This document shows positions 63,201 through 64,000 of a stretch of DNA of 64,000 bases, one piece after another. Source of the stretch: Camelus ferus (taxonomy: Eukaryota); the NCBI RefSeq assembly GCF_009834535.1, contig NC_045705.1:25916001-25980000 (forward strand). Direction: 5' to 3'. The notes below the pieces were generated by a model that was not told where the DNA came from, ran no database searches, and worked only from the letters and a program-made list of their open reading frames with translations. The position numbers and the translations under genes were made by a program. The stretch's first letter is position 1; each line of letters opens with the position of its first letter.

Positions 63201-63544
63201 TAAATAACATGTGACAATCAGTAAAAAATGTTATTTGAGTATCAAAATGTATTCAACAATAGGTGAACAACTTGAATATACAACATAGTTGAGCCTTACT
63301 CCAATCCTGATACAATTATGTATTGTGTTACCACTTTCTACACACAGTTTAGTTTGTGATTTTTGGAGATCTGTCTTGGTTCATAAAGCTAATTTGTGGT
63401 GAACTCAGGACTAAAGTTGGATCTTTTGATTCTAAAGTAGGCTATTTTCTACCACAATAACTGTTATTAACACCTAAAAATAGGCAACTTATATTTGCCT
63501 GATTTACAGCACCAGAAGAAAATCATCTGGTATATATAAAATCT

Positions 63545-63750
63545 AGCAGCTCTGAGCACTTACTGTATAGAGAGCAGTACTCAAAGGGATTGCCTGTATT
63601 GTTCTGTCTAATTCTCAGATAACCCTGTGTGGTTGCAGCTGTAAGTATCCCCATCTAAACATGGAAACACAGGCATAGGGAGATTAGGTAATTTGTACAA
63701 GGACACACAACTAGTAAATGGTGAAACTGACTTAGGCACAGTTGTGACAA
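63545..63750 (-). mobile_element. MIR SINE
   Basis: gagcacttactgtat...ccccatctaaacatggaaacacaggcatagggagattaggtaatttgtacaaggacacacaactagtaaatgg. Confidence 0.85.
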
Positions 63751-63769
63751 AAAAATTTTTTTTTATTCA

Positions 63770-64000
63770 AAGTTATGTTTTTTCTTTTTTTATCCAGTTT
63801 CATTGAGATATAATTGACATATAACATTGCATACATTTAAAGTGTATGACATAATGATTTGGTTTATGAATTTTTGTACGGCCACAATATACATGATTAA
63901 CACAGTAAATTTAGTTAACATCCATCACCTCACATTGTGGCAATTTTTTCCTTCTGATGAGAACTTAAAATTTATTCTCTTAGCGACTTTCAAATATACA
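63770..64000 (-). mobile_element. L1MA-like 3' end, runs off the window
   Basis: cagtttcattgagatataattgacatataacatt...catccatcacctcacat...ctcttagcgactttcaaatataca. Confidence 0.9.

Noticed and set aside
1-64000. CRISPR arrays, operons or other prokaryotic systems
   Set aside because: The sequence is plainly mammalian, and I saw no regularly spaced direct repeats or dense coding regions.

Overview
Mammalian, AT-rich, non-genic-looking DNA, most likely from a camelid. The evidence is two tRNA-Ala-derived SINEs matching the Vic-1 type as I recall it, cetartiodactyl-type L1 3' ends, and no Alu, Bov-A/BovB or PRE-1 copies that I could see. Much of the window is old interspersed repeat (MIR, L2, L1M, MaLR/ERVL solo LTRs, hAT MITEs) plus microsatellites. 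None of the listed ORFs looks like a real gene. The best genic signal is a pair of small minus-strand exon candidates (54 nt at 61066-61119 and 18 nt at 60501-60518). They have strong splice sites, a downstream RBFOX motif and locally retained CpGs. A bias of LTRs and L1s toward the + strand independently suggests the window lies in long introns of a minus-strand gene, which I could not name. I found no convincing new biological system. Repeat family names are from memory of consensus sequences, and repeat boundaries are approximate (about +/-20-50 bp) unless TSDs are given.
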